64,000 nt of DNA, from assembly GCA_963820625.1 (NCBI GenBank), contig CAWGAV010000005.1:64083-128082 (forward strand). The letters are read 5' to 3'. A program made the position numbers and the translations under genes. The notes under the pieces were generated by a model that had not been told where the DNA came from, did not search any database, and saw only the letters and a list, made by a program, of their open reading frames with translations. Positions 1 through 11,654 of this stretch are shown here, in pieces. Position 1 is the stretch's first letter. Each line of letters opens with the position of its first letter. Origin of the DNA: an uncultured delta proteobacterium. Its GTDB lineage: Bacteria; Desulfobacterota; BSN033; UBA1163.

Positions 1-1
1 C

Positions 2-73
2 GTGAAATATCAGGAGAGATTTTTAAAGGAATACAGGGAGGCAAGGGAGACTCATCGGGGTTTGTGGAAATAG
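2..73 (+). CDS. 3' end of an upstream gene cut by the window edge (possibly SNase/thermonuclease-like C-terminus)
   Basis: Frame open from the window edge to TAG at 71-73. Translates to ...KYQERFLKEYREARETHRGLWK, which resembles SNase-family C-termini ending ...RGLW. Too short to be sure. Confidence 0.3.
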   Translation: MKYQERFLKEYREARETHRGLWK

Positions 74-105
74 ACGGCAAGTCATTTCTTTGAGGAGGTG
101 ATGAG

Positions 106-309
106 ATGATAGTATACAAAGTATTTTGTAAAGATGATGAACTCAAAAACGACAATCTCATCGGTGTGTTAGCAGAAAGAAGGAAGGACTTGAGGGGAAA
201 GACCCAGTTTGAATCTGGATTGAAATGGGCAAGGTTCTTTTTTACCGGCCTGGTAAGGGATAGGCAAACGATCTTCGTGGTCCCTAATGAGTTTGAAGTA
301 AGGGAATGA
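106..309 (+). CDS. small hypothetical protein (67 aa)
   Basis: ATG preceded by a strong RBS (tgaGGAGGtgatgagATG). No family recognised. Confidence 0.5.
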   Translation: MIVYKVFCKDDELKNDNLIGVLAERRKDLRGKTQFESGLKWARFFFTGLVRDRQTIFVVPNEFEVRE

Positions 310-426
310 TTGAATAAGACATTATAATTTTTAAACTGATAAAAAGGAAATGACGGTTTATCCCAAAAGGCAGGGAAGATTATGCCAGAGGGTGAGTTTT
401 TCGTTGCGATGAGTGATGGGATAGGG

Positions 427-1905
427 TCATGAATATTTCTTCAAAATCTGTTGGGCCGCCATGAATCCACTGAAGATCTCTCCTTCCAGGCCCAAATAAG
501 GGAAATTTTCCTTTCCAACGAAGTAAAGATTTCTTGATATTCTCATAGGGACGACCCCCTCCTTCCAATGAAAATCAGAAGGGGCTTCATAAAGAAAGTG
601 GGAATAAGACCACTTGGGAACATGTTCGCTGGCCCACTGGAAATCAACCCATTCGATGTAATTCTCAAGAAAAGGAAAGAGATGATATAGATGCTTCATG
701 ACTCCTTTCTGATAATCGACCAGAAGGGTCTGTTCCCATTTTCCTACATTCATCAGGCTTTCAACGGTGAGGGCCCTCCTCCCTTCCGGTGCTTTGGTCT
801 CATCTCCTTTTGGACTAAGGGAAAGGAATAACACATTTCCATCATCATAGGGCTTTTCAAGATCTAAAATGGAGATAAGAAGATCCTTCATCCCAACCGG
901 GATAACTTTTTCGCGGATCCCTAAAAATAAAGGGATCATCACATATAAAGGTTTGATCTTCTTCCCCCACTTCAATAATTCCTTCCCTTTTTTACCCAGG
1001 AGGGATGAAACGCGATGAAGAGGAGAATTAAAAATGAGAAATTGAGACTGAAATTCTTTCCGCTCCCCTTCCAACGAGAGGGTAAATCCATTTCTCCATC
1101 TCATTTCCACTTTCTTCACCCCTTCGACCTCTTCAATTCTTCCTCCAGACCGTAAAAATTGATTTAAAATCTCTTTTTCGAGTTTTTCTAAATCAAAATC
1201 TGGATTCAATTCATTCGTCTCATCGAGTAACATGTGTGCGGCCAAAGAGATAGGAAATCGATCTGAATAAAAATTCCCCCATGAGATCAGTTGAAGCTGA
1301 ACGAATTCTCGAAACTCTCTCGAAAATGGAGAGAGCCTCTGGTCCATTCCTTCTTTCAGAAAGGGGGCGAATGAAAATATTTTTTTGATGAAAGAACGTT
1401 GTCGAAGGGGGAAAAATGGCGGAGAATTTTTCTTTTCATTCACCTTCTGTAAAAAATGCTGGATTTGATCCAGCTCATTATAAAATGCTTCAATCTGAAC
1501 TACCTCTTTTGGAAATTCCCTCTTCCATTCCTTCTGGGATAAGGAACGCTGAGGGAAAATGTCAATCCTTGATCTGGGAAGGACCACTTGAAAGGCGGCT
1601 CTTTGCTTTGATTTGTCTGAAATGATCTTGGCCTGCTTGCTCTCTTCTTGGGTTCCTATGAAACGGGAAAGGTTCAAAGCCTGAGAGATTTTTTTAAAAA
1701 GGCTAGGCTTTAAACATTTTTCTGAAAAGTTTGAAAAGGGTACAAAATGGTACCCTTTTATAGCATAGAAAGGTTGGTATCCTTTTTCTCTCAGGTACAA
1801 GACCGGGCGTTTATTTTTTGACAACAAGGCCCCAGCCACCAGACCACCCAAGCCAGAACCTAATACGATCACCTCTTGCTCATTCCCTGGCCGTTTCATC
1901 GCCAT
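427..1905 (-). CDS. NAD(P)/FAD-dependent oxidoreductase (phytoene-desaturase/amine-oxidase-like)
   Basis: 492-aa ORF with an N-terminal Rossmann dinucleotide motif VIVLGSGLGGLVAGALLSK. Confidence 0.8.
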   Translation of the reverse strand: MAMKRPGNEQEVIVLGSGLGGLVAGALLSKNKRPVLYLREKGYQPFYAIKGYHFVPFSNFSEKCLKPSLFKKISQALNLSRFIGTQEESKQAKIISDKSKQRAAFQVVLPRSRIDIFPQRSLSQKEWKREFPKEVVQIEAFYNELDQIQHFLQKVNEKKNSPPFFPLRQRSFIKKIFSFAPFLKEGMDQRLSPFSREFREFVQLQLISWGNFYSDRFPISLAAHMLLDETNELNPDFDLEKLEKEILNQFLRSGGRIEEVEGVKKVEMRWRNGFTLSLEGERKEFQSQFLIFNSPLHRVSSLLGKKGKELLKWGKKIKPLYVMIPLFLGIREKVIPVGMKDLLISILDLEKPYDDGNVLFLSLSPKGDETKAPEGRRALTVESLMNVGKWEQTLLVDYQKGVMKHLYHLFPFLENYIEWVDFQWASEHVPKWSYSHFLYEAPSDFHWKEGVVPMRISRNLYFVGKENFPYLGLEGEIFSGFMAAQQILKKYS

Positions 1906-2032
1906 CTCAACCCCTTTCTTTTCGACATTGGCCAGCGCGATCTGATGGATGGTCTTGGCAATTGTTTACAGAACATGATAATACTGGATATGTTAATATT
2001 AGGGAGACGATACGATGTTGGAAAATGAAGGG

Positions 2033-3073
2033 TCAGACAAATTCGATTGTCTCTTTTTCCCTCTCTGTTTTTCCCACCTCGCCGATGGTAAAGGCCTTCT
2101 CGCCTAAAGAATGAAGCCTGGCTAAGATATCCTCAACATCTTTAGGCCTGGCGGTGAGAATCATTCCAATTCCGTTATTGAAAATGCGGAGCATCTCCTC
2201 CTCAGAAATCTTCCCTTTTTCTTTCAAAAAGGGGAAGATGGAAGGGATATCCCAGGATCCTCTGTGAACAACCGCTTTACAGCCCTTTGGAATCACCCTC
2301 GGAAGGTTTCCCGTAATGCCCCCACCCGTGATGTGAGCAATTCCACCAATATGGAAATCTCGCGCGAGGTTGAGGATTGTCTTGACATAAATGCGAGTCG
2401 GTCGGAGGAGCTCTTCACCCAATACTTCTCCGATCTCTTCAACCCGCTTTTCCAAGTCCATTTTATGTTGATCGAGAAGCAATTTTCTTACCAAAGAGTA
2501 TCCATTGCTGTGGAGACCACTGGAGGCGATCCCAATCAATTTGTCCCCGACCGTGACACTCGATCCATCAATCAATTGAGAATCCTCTACAATGCCTACT
2601 GCGAAACCAGCCAGATCATATTCCCCTTCTTTATAAAATCCTGGCATTTCAGCTGTCTCTCCGCCAATGAGAGAACATTCAGCTTCAATACACCCTTTGG
2701 CAATACCCGAAACCACCTTCATCGATTTTTCGGTGTCCAGTTTAGAAGTGGCAAAATAATCCAAGAGGAAAAGAGGTTTTGCCCCACTGACTACGATATC
2801 ATTGACACACATCGCTACCAGATCAATCCCGACAGTATCATGACGATCCATCAAGAAGGCGATTTTTAGCTTTGTCCCTACCCCATCCGTAGAGGAGACG
2901 AGAATCGGCTTCTTATAACGTTCCAGATTGAGAGAGACACACCCTGCAAAACCACCAATTTTCGTCAATACCTCAGGTCGGAATGTAGATTCCACCATTG
3001 GTTTGATCGCTTGAACAAAGGCATCCCCCTTTTCAATATCAACCCCTGAATCTTTGTAAGAGAATTTCTTCAC
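2033..3073 (-). CDS. purM: phosphoribosylformylglycinamidine cyclo-ligase (AIR synthetase)
   Basis: 346 aa. Typical PurM N-terminus (YKDSGVDIEKGDAFV...) and length, colinear throughout. Confidence 0.95.
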   Translation of the reverse strand: MKKFSYKDSGVDIEKGDAFVQAIKPMVESTFRPEVLTKIGGFAGCVSLNLERYKKPILVSSTDGVGTKLKIAFLMDRHDTVGIDLVAMCVNDIVVSGAKPLFLLDYFATSKLDTEKSMKVVSGIAKGCIEAECSLIGGETAEMPGFYKEGEYDLAGFAVGIVEDSQLIDGSSVTVGDKLIGIASSGLHSNGYSLVRKLLLDQHKMDLEKRVEEIGEVLGEELLRPTRIYVKTILNLARDFHIGGIAHITGGGITGNLPRVIPKGCKAVVHRGSWDIPSIFPFLKEKGKISEEEMLRIFNNGIGMILTARPKDVEDILARLHSLGEKAFTIGEVGKTEREKETIEFV

Positions 3074-3133
3074 TCTCTTCCCTTTTAAAAAGCAAAATAT
3101 GTTTTAGATTAATCGATCCCCCCTGAAATGTCA

Positions 3134-3241
3134 ACCCTGTGGAGTAGATGGTGAAGTAGATTGGCATGGGACATAAATTGAATAAACTCATTTGCATTCA
3201 TTATCTGAAGTATTCCATCGAAGGTTATTACTCCACAGGGT
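3134..3241. repeat. 13-bp perfect inverted repeat (ACCCTGTGGAGTA / TACTCCACAGGGT) with an 82-nt spacer in the purM-queA divergent intergenic region
   Basis: Arms at 3134-3146 and 3229-3241, read directly from the sequence. Confidence 0.6.
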
Positions 3242-3316
3242 CAAATATTTTGCTTGCAGATTTAGATAGACTTTGTTAATTTTATCAGGTTTTAATTGTA
3301 TTTCAGGTGACTGAAT

Positions 3317-4345
3317 ATGAAAATTGAAGAGTTCGACTACCACCTTCCCACATCCTTGATCGCTCAATACCCATCTCCCCAAAGGGGGGAGACTTCTTTA
3401 ATGATCCTTCACCGTCAGACGGGCGCAATCGAGCACCGAGCCTTCCGTAATATTACCCAATACCTCAACCCCGGGGATCTCCTTGTCATGAACAACACTC
3501 GTGTTCTTCCGGTTCGGCTTATTGGGAAAAAAGAGACTGGAGGAAGGATCGAGATGCTCCTCATCCCTTCCTGGAATGGAACAAAAGGGGAATGGAAAGC
3601 CTTGATAAAAGATTCAAAGAAGGTAAAACGAGGGGCTCGAATCCGATTCGAGGAGGAACTTGAGGGAGAAATAGAAGAGGTGAAGGATGGAAAAGGAAAG
3701 ATCAGCTTCTCCTGTCAAGGTGGGGTGATGGATATCCTTCAGAAGATCGGCCACATCCCTCTTCCCCCTTACATCAAGCGAGGGGATGAACCATCGGACA
3801 GGGAGCGTTATCAGACTGTTTTTGCAGAGAGAGATGGATCGATTGCCGCACCGACTGCAGGGCTCCATTTCACTCATGCTTTGCTTCAATCGCTTAAAGA
3901 GAACGGGGTACGCACCACAACGATCACTCTCCATATTGGGACTGGAACCTTCGCCCCGGTAAAGGCCCATGACATCGAAGACCATACCATGGAAGCAGAA
4001 TGGATAGAGATATCAGAAGAAACCGCCCAAGAAATTGAGGATACGAAAGCCCGGGGCGGAAAGGTCGTTGCGGTTGGAACGACCACGACGCGTGCCCTTG
4101 AATCCTTTTCCAATGGAGAGGGAGGGGTGAAACCCGGGAAAGGGATGACCTCTCTATTTATCTATCCTCCCTATTGCTTTCGTTTCATCGATGGGTTGGT
4201 TACCAATTTTCATCTGCCTAAATCGACATTAATCATGTTGGTTTCAGCTTTCGCAGGAAAAGAATTATTAATGAAGGCATATCAAGAAGCCATTCGCAGA
4301 AAATACCAATTTTATAGTTACGGCGATGCCATGCTCATCATTTAA
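3317..4345 (+). CDS. queA: S-adenosylmethionine:tRNA ribosyltransferase-isomerase
   Basis: 342 aa. Begins MKIEEFDYHLPTSLIAQYP and contains ...GLHFT...VGTTTTRALES, as QueA does. Confidence 0.95.
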   Translation: MKIEEFDYHLPTSLIAQYPSPQRGETSLMILHRQTGAIEHRAFRNITQYLNPGDLLVMNNTRVLPVRLIGKKETGGRIEMLLIPSWNGTKGEWKALIKDSKKVKRGARIRFEEELEGEIEEVKDGKGKISFSCQGGVMDILQKIGHIPLPPYIKRGDEPSDRERYQTVFAERDGSIAAPTAGLHFTHALLQSLKENGVRTTTITLHIGTGTFAPVKAHDIEDHTMEAEWIEISEETAQEIEDTKARGGKVVAVGTTTTRALESFSNGEGGVKPGKGMTSLFIYPPYCFRFIDGLVTNFHLPKSTLIMLVSAFAGKELLMKAYQEAIRRKYQFYSYGDAMLII

Positions 4346-4451
4346 AACCGGAATAATGGAATACTGGAAGAATGGAATAATGTGCTTCGAAAAAACGACC
4401 CATCATTCCACCATTCCATCGTTCCATTCGTGAGTGAAGCGAACTAATTTT

Positions 4452-5595
<1,144 letters not shown>

Positions 5596-5625
5596 GGACG
5601 GGGTAAAATTCAAAAGGAGGATTTT

Positions 5626-5957
5626 ATGGGAATAGAGCTGGCTTATGCGATGGGATCACTGCCGGGAGGGGGGGAAGCCAAGGGTCTCAAATTTGGAGTT
5701 TTCTGCCCATTATTTTCATCTTCGTTATCTTTTATTTCCTGCTCATTCGACCTCAACAAAAGCAGAAAAAAGAACATCAGAATCTATTGTCAAACCTCAG
5801 GGTGGGAGATAATGTCTTAACCTCTGGAGGAATCTACGGTCGAGTGACTGGCCTCAAAGATGACAAAGTCACCGTTGAAATCTCGGACAAGGTGAGGGTG
5901 AAGGTCAATAGAGGTCATATTGCAGGAGTAGTCAAGCAGGATGTATTAAAGGATTGA
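5626..5957 (+). pseudogene. yajC: preprotein translocase subunit YajC, frameshifted in a G7 run (5668-5674)
   Basis: ATG with RBS aaaaGGAGG gives MGIELAYAMGSLPGGG. The YajC core ...IIFIFVIFYFLLIRPQQKQKKEHQNLLSNLRVGDNVLTSGGIYGRVTGL... is in another frame and ends at TGA 5955-5957. Confidence 0.8.
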
Positions 5958-6030
5958 ATTTAGAGTGAAGAGTGAAGAGTTCAGAATTAATTCATAATTC
6001 TTCACTAATAATTCTAACTTCTAAACCTTC

Positions 6031-6060
6031 TTGCTCTAAACCTTGTTTTAGGGCTATAAT
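6031..6060 (+). promoter_or_regulatory. possible sigma70-type promoter of the rpsF operon
   Basis: TTGCTC (6031-6036), an 18-nt spacer, then TATAAT (6055-6060), 18 nt upstream of the rpsF ATG. The leader would be very short. Confidence 0.3.
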
Positions 6061-6077
6061 CCACGAGGAGGTGAAAC

Positions 6078-6437
6078 ATGAGGAAATATGAAACCATTTT
6101 CATTTTGGACCCTGATCTCGAAGAAGAACAGGCCCTATCGGTAATCGAAAAAGTCAAGGGAATTATCACCCAAACCAATGGAGAAATCTTAAAGGTTGAA
6201 GATTGGGGAAAACGAAAACTCGCCTACGAAGTCAAAAAGAAACCCAAAGGCCATTATATCCTGATCCACTTCTTGGGATCACCCGCTTTGCTCTCTGAAT
6301 TGGAGAGAAATTTTCGAGTCATGGATGCCGTTATCAAGTACCAATCCGTTCGATTGGGAGAACGACAAACGTCCTCAGAAGGGCCACTCCTGGAGGAATC
6401 CCCAGAGGAGGAATCCGAAGCCATGGAGAGAACATGA
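6078..6437 (+). CDS. rpsF: 30S ribosomal protein S6
   Basis: MRKYETIFILDPDLEEEQ... with an acidic C-terminal tail. RBS GAGGAGG. Confidence 0.95.
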   Translation: MRKYETIFILDPDLEEEQALSVIEKVKGIITQTNGEILKVEDWGKRKLAYEVKKKPKGHYILIHFLGSPALLSELERNFRVMDAVIKYQSVRLGERQTSSEGPLLEESPEEESEAMERT

Positions 6438-6820
6438 CCTTTTTGAACCGTGTGGTCCTCACAGGAAAGGTGGTCACCCCTCCTCGACGTCATTATCGTC
6501 CAGATGGATCACCCGTGATCCAGTTCCCTCTGGAATTAAACGACTCAGAGGACTTAATGGGTGAGGTCCTGCACCGTGACGGTACAGGGCAGGCCGTGAA
6601 CCGTGCTGGTTCACGGCAGGGAGGTCGAAATCGGATCGACATCGTGGCCATTGGGAAATTGGCTGAGTTTAAACTTGAACTCCTCCAAAGTGGCCAGCAC
6701 CTCATGGTCATTGGTAAACTCAATCAACGGCGCTGGCAAACGCCGGAAGGAAAAAATCGAACCCGCACAGAGGTGATCGCCACAGACCTCCGAACGATCG
6801 AAGACAAGAACCAAACCTAA
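6434..6820 (+). CDS. SSB/PriB-like OB-fold single-stranded DNA-binding protein lacking the acidic C-terminal tip
   Basis: Occupies the rpsF-X-rpsR position. N-terminus is [14 protein letters not shown] and the C-terminal region is ...[30 protein letters not shown] (SSB-like). 128 aa, ending ...EDKNQT with no DDDIPF-type tail. Confidence 0.7.
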   Translation: MTFLNRVVLTGKVVTPPRRHYRPDGSPVIQFPLELNDSEDLMGEVLHRDGTGQAVNRAGSRQGGRNRIDIVAIGKLAEFKLELLQSGQHLMVIGKLNQRRWQTPEGKNRTRTEVIATDLRTIEDKNQT

Positions 6821-6845
6821 AAGTCAAAGAAGTAAGGAGAATAGA

Positions 6846-7109
6846 ATGAAGAAACCGATGGAAAGATCAGGGCCCGACAGGAAGAAAAAACCTTTCATGA
6901 GGCGAAAGGTTTGCCGTTTCTGTACAGATAAAAAATTGGATATTGATTATAAAAATCAAAAGATCCTTCGATATTTTATTACGGAACGAGGAAAGATTAT
7001 TCCCCGAAGAATCTCAGGAAACTGTGCAAAGCATCAAAGACAAGTGACGATTGCCCTTAAAAGGGCGCGTAATATTGCCATTCTCCCCTTTACGACAGCG
7101 GTTCGATGA
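6846..7109 (+). CDS. rpsR: 30S ribosomal protein S18
   Basis: ...[19 protein letters not shown]...[42 protein letters not shown]. Confidence 0.95.
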   Translation: MKKPMERSGPDRKKKPFMRRKVCRFCTDKKLDIDYKNQKILRYFITERGKIIPRRISGNCAKHQRQVTIALKRARNIAILPFTTAVR

Positions 7110-7215
7110 AATGCGTCAGGGCGTCCTTGGGTCTTGGTGTCTTAGCGTCATTTAATCTAAAGACTCAACGACACAACGACTCAAAGATCATATGACTCAA
7201 CGATGGAGGTGATCC

Positions 7216-7659
7216 ATGCAGGTTATTTTGTTAGAGAGCGTCCCTTCTTTAGGAAATGCCGGAGACCTGGTGAAGGTCTCTGACGGATACGGGAGAAATT
7301 ATCTCATCCCTAAGAAGAAGGCCATTCTCGCCACAGAAAAAAGCCTTAAGGTGATAGAGCATCAAAAGCGCCAAGTTCAACAAAGTATGGAAAAGGCGAA
7401 AAAGGATGCGGAAAAGTTGGGCCACCGGATCGAAAATCTATCCTGCACCTTTGTAAAACCGGTTGGAGAAAGTGGAAAACTTTTTGGTTCCGTGACTTCC
7501 ATGGATATTGAGAATTATTTGAAGGAAAATGGAATTGAGGTGGATCGTAAAAAGATCTCCCTGGAAGAACCCATTAAAAATTTGGGGGTGTTTACCGTAC
7601 CGATCAAACTCCATCCCGAGGTGACCACCCATCTTAAGGTTTGGGTGGTGCAGGAGTAA
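7216..7659 (+). CDS. rplI: 50S ribosomal protein L9
   Basis: MQVILLESVPSLGNAGDLVKVSDGYGRNYLIPKKKA..., 147 aa. Confidence 0.95.
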   Translation: MQVILLESVPSLGNAGDLVKVSDGYGRNYLIPKKKAILATEKSLKVIEHQKRQVQQSMEKAKKDAEKLGHRIENLSCTFVKPVGESGKLFGSVTSMDIENYLKENGIEVDRKKISLEEPIKNLGVFTVPIKLHPEVTTHLKVWVVQE

Positions 7660-7665
7660 CGTTTC

Positions 7666-9030
7666 ATGAACGATGCGGACCTCTCCTCCCACAAACTTCC
7701 TCCTCAGAATATCGAGGCGGAGGAATCCATACTGGGAGGTATTCTCATTGAAAATGAAGCGATCAATCGGGTGACAGAAATCCTTGACCCCGATGACTTT
7801 TATCGAGATGCCCATCGCAAAATCTTTAATGCCTTGATCAACCTCTCGGAACGTGACGAACCCGCTGATCTGATCACCCTGACCAATGAACTTCGAAAAA
7901 TTGACCAGCTCGATTCCATCGGAGGCGCTTCCTACCTCACTTCTCTCATTGATTCGGTTCCTACAGCTGCCAACATTGAATATTACGCCAAGATTGTCAA
8001 GGAAAAGGCCATCCTTCGAAAGTTGATTCAGACCTCCACGGAGATCATCACTCAAAGCTATGAAGACCGAGGAGATGTGGAAATGTTTCTGGATGAGGCG
8101 GAGCGGGCCATCTTTGAGATTTCGGAAAAAAGGGTGAGACCCTCTTTTTACTCCATCCGAGAAATCGTTAAAGATAGCTTTACAACCATCGAAAGGCTCT
8201 TCCAAAAGAAGGAACTCGTCACCGGCGTTCCCTCGGGGTTTAAAGAACTGGATCGAATGACGGCGGGTTTCCAGCCCTCTGACCTGATCATCATTGCAGG
8301 AAGGCCCAGCATGGGTAAAACAGCCCTTTGCCTCAATATCGCTGAATATGCAGCCATTGAGAATAAAATTGCTGTGGCCATTTTTTCGCTGGAGATGTCA
8401 AAGGAACAACTGGTCATCCGTATGCTCTGTTCCCAAGCCCATGTGGAAGGGACCCGACTCAGGACAGGCTATCTCAACGAGAGCGATTGGCCAAAGCTGA
8501 CCATTGCAGCAGGGAATCTATCTGAAGCCCCTATCTATATTGACGATACGGCAGCCCTCTCGGCCCTGGAATTAAGAGCCAAGGCTCGTCGTCTTAAATC
8601 CGAGCATGGCTTAGGGATGGTCATCATTGACTACCTTCAACTGATGAAAGGGAGGGCAAGAGTCGAAAACCGACAGCAGGAGATCTCAGAAATCTCCCGC
8701 TCCTTAAAAGCTCTTTCCAAGGAACTCAGTATCCCTGTGATCGCTGTCTCTCAGCTCAGCCGGAAGACTGAGGAACGAACGGGGAACAGGCCTCAACTGT
8801 CAGACCTCCGGGAATCCGGTGCGATTGAGCAAGATGCCGACTTGATCATTTTCATTTATCGAGATGAAGTCTATAACAGGGCGGAAGACAACCCGAATCG
8901 TGGCAAAGCAGAGGTCATCATTGGAAAACAAAGGAACGGCCCCATTGGTAAGATCGACCTCGCTTTTTTAGATAAATTCACGACCTTTAAAGATCTTTAC
9001 AAAGGAGAAATCGGAAATACTTACGAATAA
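7666..9030 (+). CDS. dnaB: replicative DNA helicase
   Basis: 454 aa. Contains PPQNIEAEESILGGIL, Walker A GRPSMGKTA, and ...QLSDLRESGAIEQDADLI... Confidence 0.95.
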   Translation: MNDADLSSHKLPPQNIEAEESILGGILIENEAINRVTEILDPDDFYRDAHRKIFNALINLSERDEPADLITLTNELRKIDQLDSIGGASYLTSLIDSVPTAANIEYYAKIVKEKAILRKLIQTSTEIITQSYEDRGDVEMFLDEAERAIFEISEKRVRPSFYSIREIVKDSFTTIERLFQKKELVTGVPSGFKELDRMTAGFQPSDLIIIAGRPSMGKTALCLNIAEYAAIENKIAVAIFSLEMSKEQLVIRMLCSQAHVEGTRLRTGYLNESDWPKLTIAAGNLSEAPIYIDDTAALSALELRAKARRLKSEHGLGMVIIDYLQLMKGRARVENRQQEISEISRSLKALSKELSIPVIAVSQLSRKTEERTGNRPQLSDLRESGAIEQDADLIIFIYRDEVYNRAEDNPNRGKAEVIIGKQRNGPIGKIDLAFLDKFTTFKDLYKGEIGNTYE

Positions 9031-9039
9031 CCATGCCCT

Positions 9040-9098
9040 ATTGCGGAATTCAGCATGCGGAATTCGGAATTAAAATTCCGAAATCTGAAATCCGCAAT
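9040..9098. repeat. nested imperfect palindrome downstream of dnaB (possible terminator or REP-like element)
   Basis: ATTGCGGAATTCAG (9040-9053) pairs with CTGAAATCCGCAAT (9085-9098). An inner pair is GCGGAATTCGGAATT / AATTCCGAAATC. Confidence 0.5.
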
Positions 9099-9119
9099 CT
9101 GAAATGTGAATAGTTTCCA

Positions 9120-10971
<1,852 letters not shown>

Positions 10972-11263
10972 AGTTCAAAACCAACTCCCTCCCTCCAACC
11001 AAACTCTCTTCGTCAATGGAGGATGACTCTCTCCATGGACTCTCTTTTGAAAAAATCTAAGAACTTGACAAATTCTTAGGTTTTGTTAAGTTATGCACGG
11101 GTGGGAGAAAAATGGAAGTTATTTCTTCTCTGCTTAATTCCTTTCCGATTCCTTAATCCCTTTCATTCTTTTAAACAAGGAGGTGGTGTGCCGTTGTCAT
11201 GACAGTGCAATATTTAAAGTTGGCCAAATGATTTGTTTTGGAAAAGATTGTTGAGAGTCAAAT

Positions 11264-11617
11264 ATGATAAAGGATTTTAGAATTTTAGTTATTTGTATCT
11301 CCCTATTTAACTCTTTTTATTCTCCTTTCTCTTTTGTTGAGGCTGCCCCATCATTCTTGGCAGATAAACACAAAGTAGCTGGCATCTCCTGTGGGGCTTG
11401 TCACAAAGAGAACCCACCCAAAGGACAGGTTCCTACAGAGGTATGCCTCAAATGCCATGGAGATCAATCTAAGGTGGCTGAAAAAACCCGCATGATCATA
11501 CCCAACCCTCACGAATCACACTTAGGGAATCTAAAGTGTGAACTTTGTCATCACAGCCACAAGCCATCCGAAAATTATTGTAGTACTTGCCATGAATTTG
11601 ATTACAAGGTACCTTGA
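11264..11617 (+). CDS. periplasmic tetraheme cytochrome c (small subunit of a split flavocytochrome c)
   Basis: N-terminal signal peptide and four CxxCH motifs (CGACH, CLKCH, CELCH, CSTCH) in 117 aa. Confidence 0.85.
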   Translation: MIKDFRILVICISLFNSFYSPFSFVEAAPSFLADKHKVAGISCGACHKENPPKGQVPTEVCLKCHGDQSKVAEKTRMIIPNPHESHLGNLKCELCHHSHKPSENYCSTCHEFDYKVP

Positions 11618-11654
11618 CTTTGAAAAAACAACATTCAAGGAAGGAGGGATTGAT

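Noticed and set aside
7162-7203. Short direct repeat GACTCAACGA (x2, plus a partial third) between rpsR and rplI
   Set aside because: The 10-mers are too short and too few to distinguish from chance or a simple leader sequence. No structure or known motif was recognised.
7438-8205. 255-aa ORF on the minus strand
   Set aside because: It lies entirely antisense to the unmistakable rplI and dnaB genes. It is a shadow ORF with no RBS or family resemblance.
10972-11263. Possible terminator and promoter (TTGACA near 11064) and a 14-codon mini-ORF between eno and the cytochrome gene
   Set aside because: The hairpin is weak and lacks a U-tract. The -10 element is poor (AAGTTA). The mini-ORF has no RBS.
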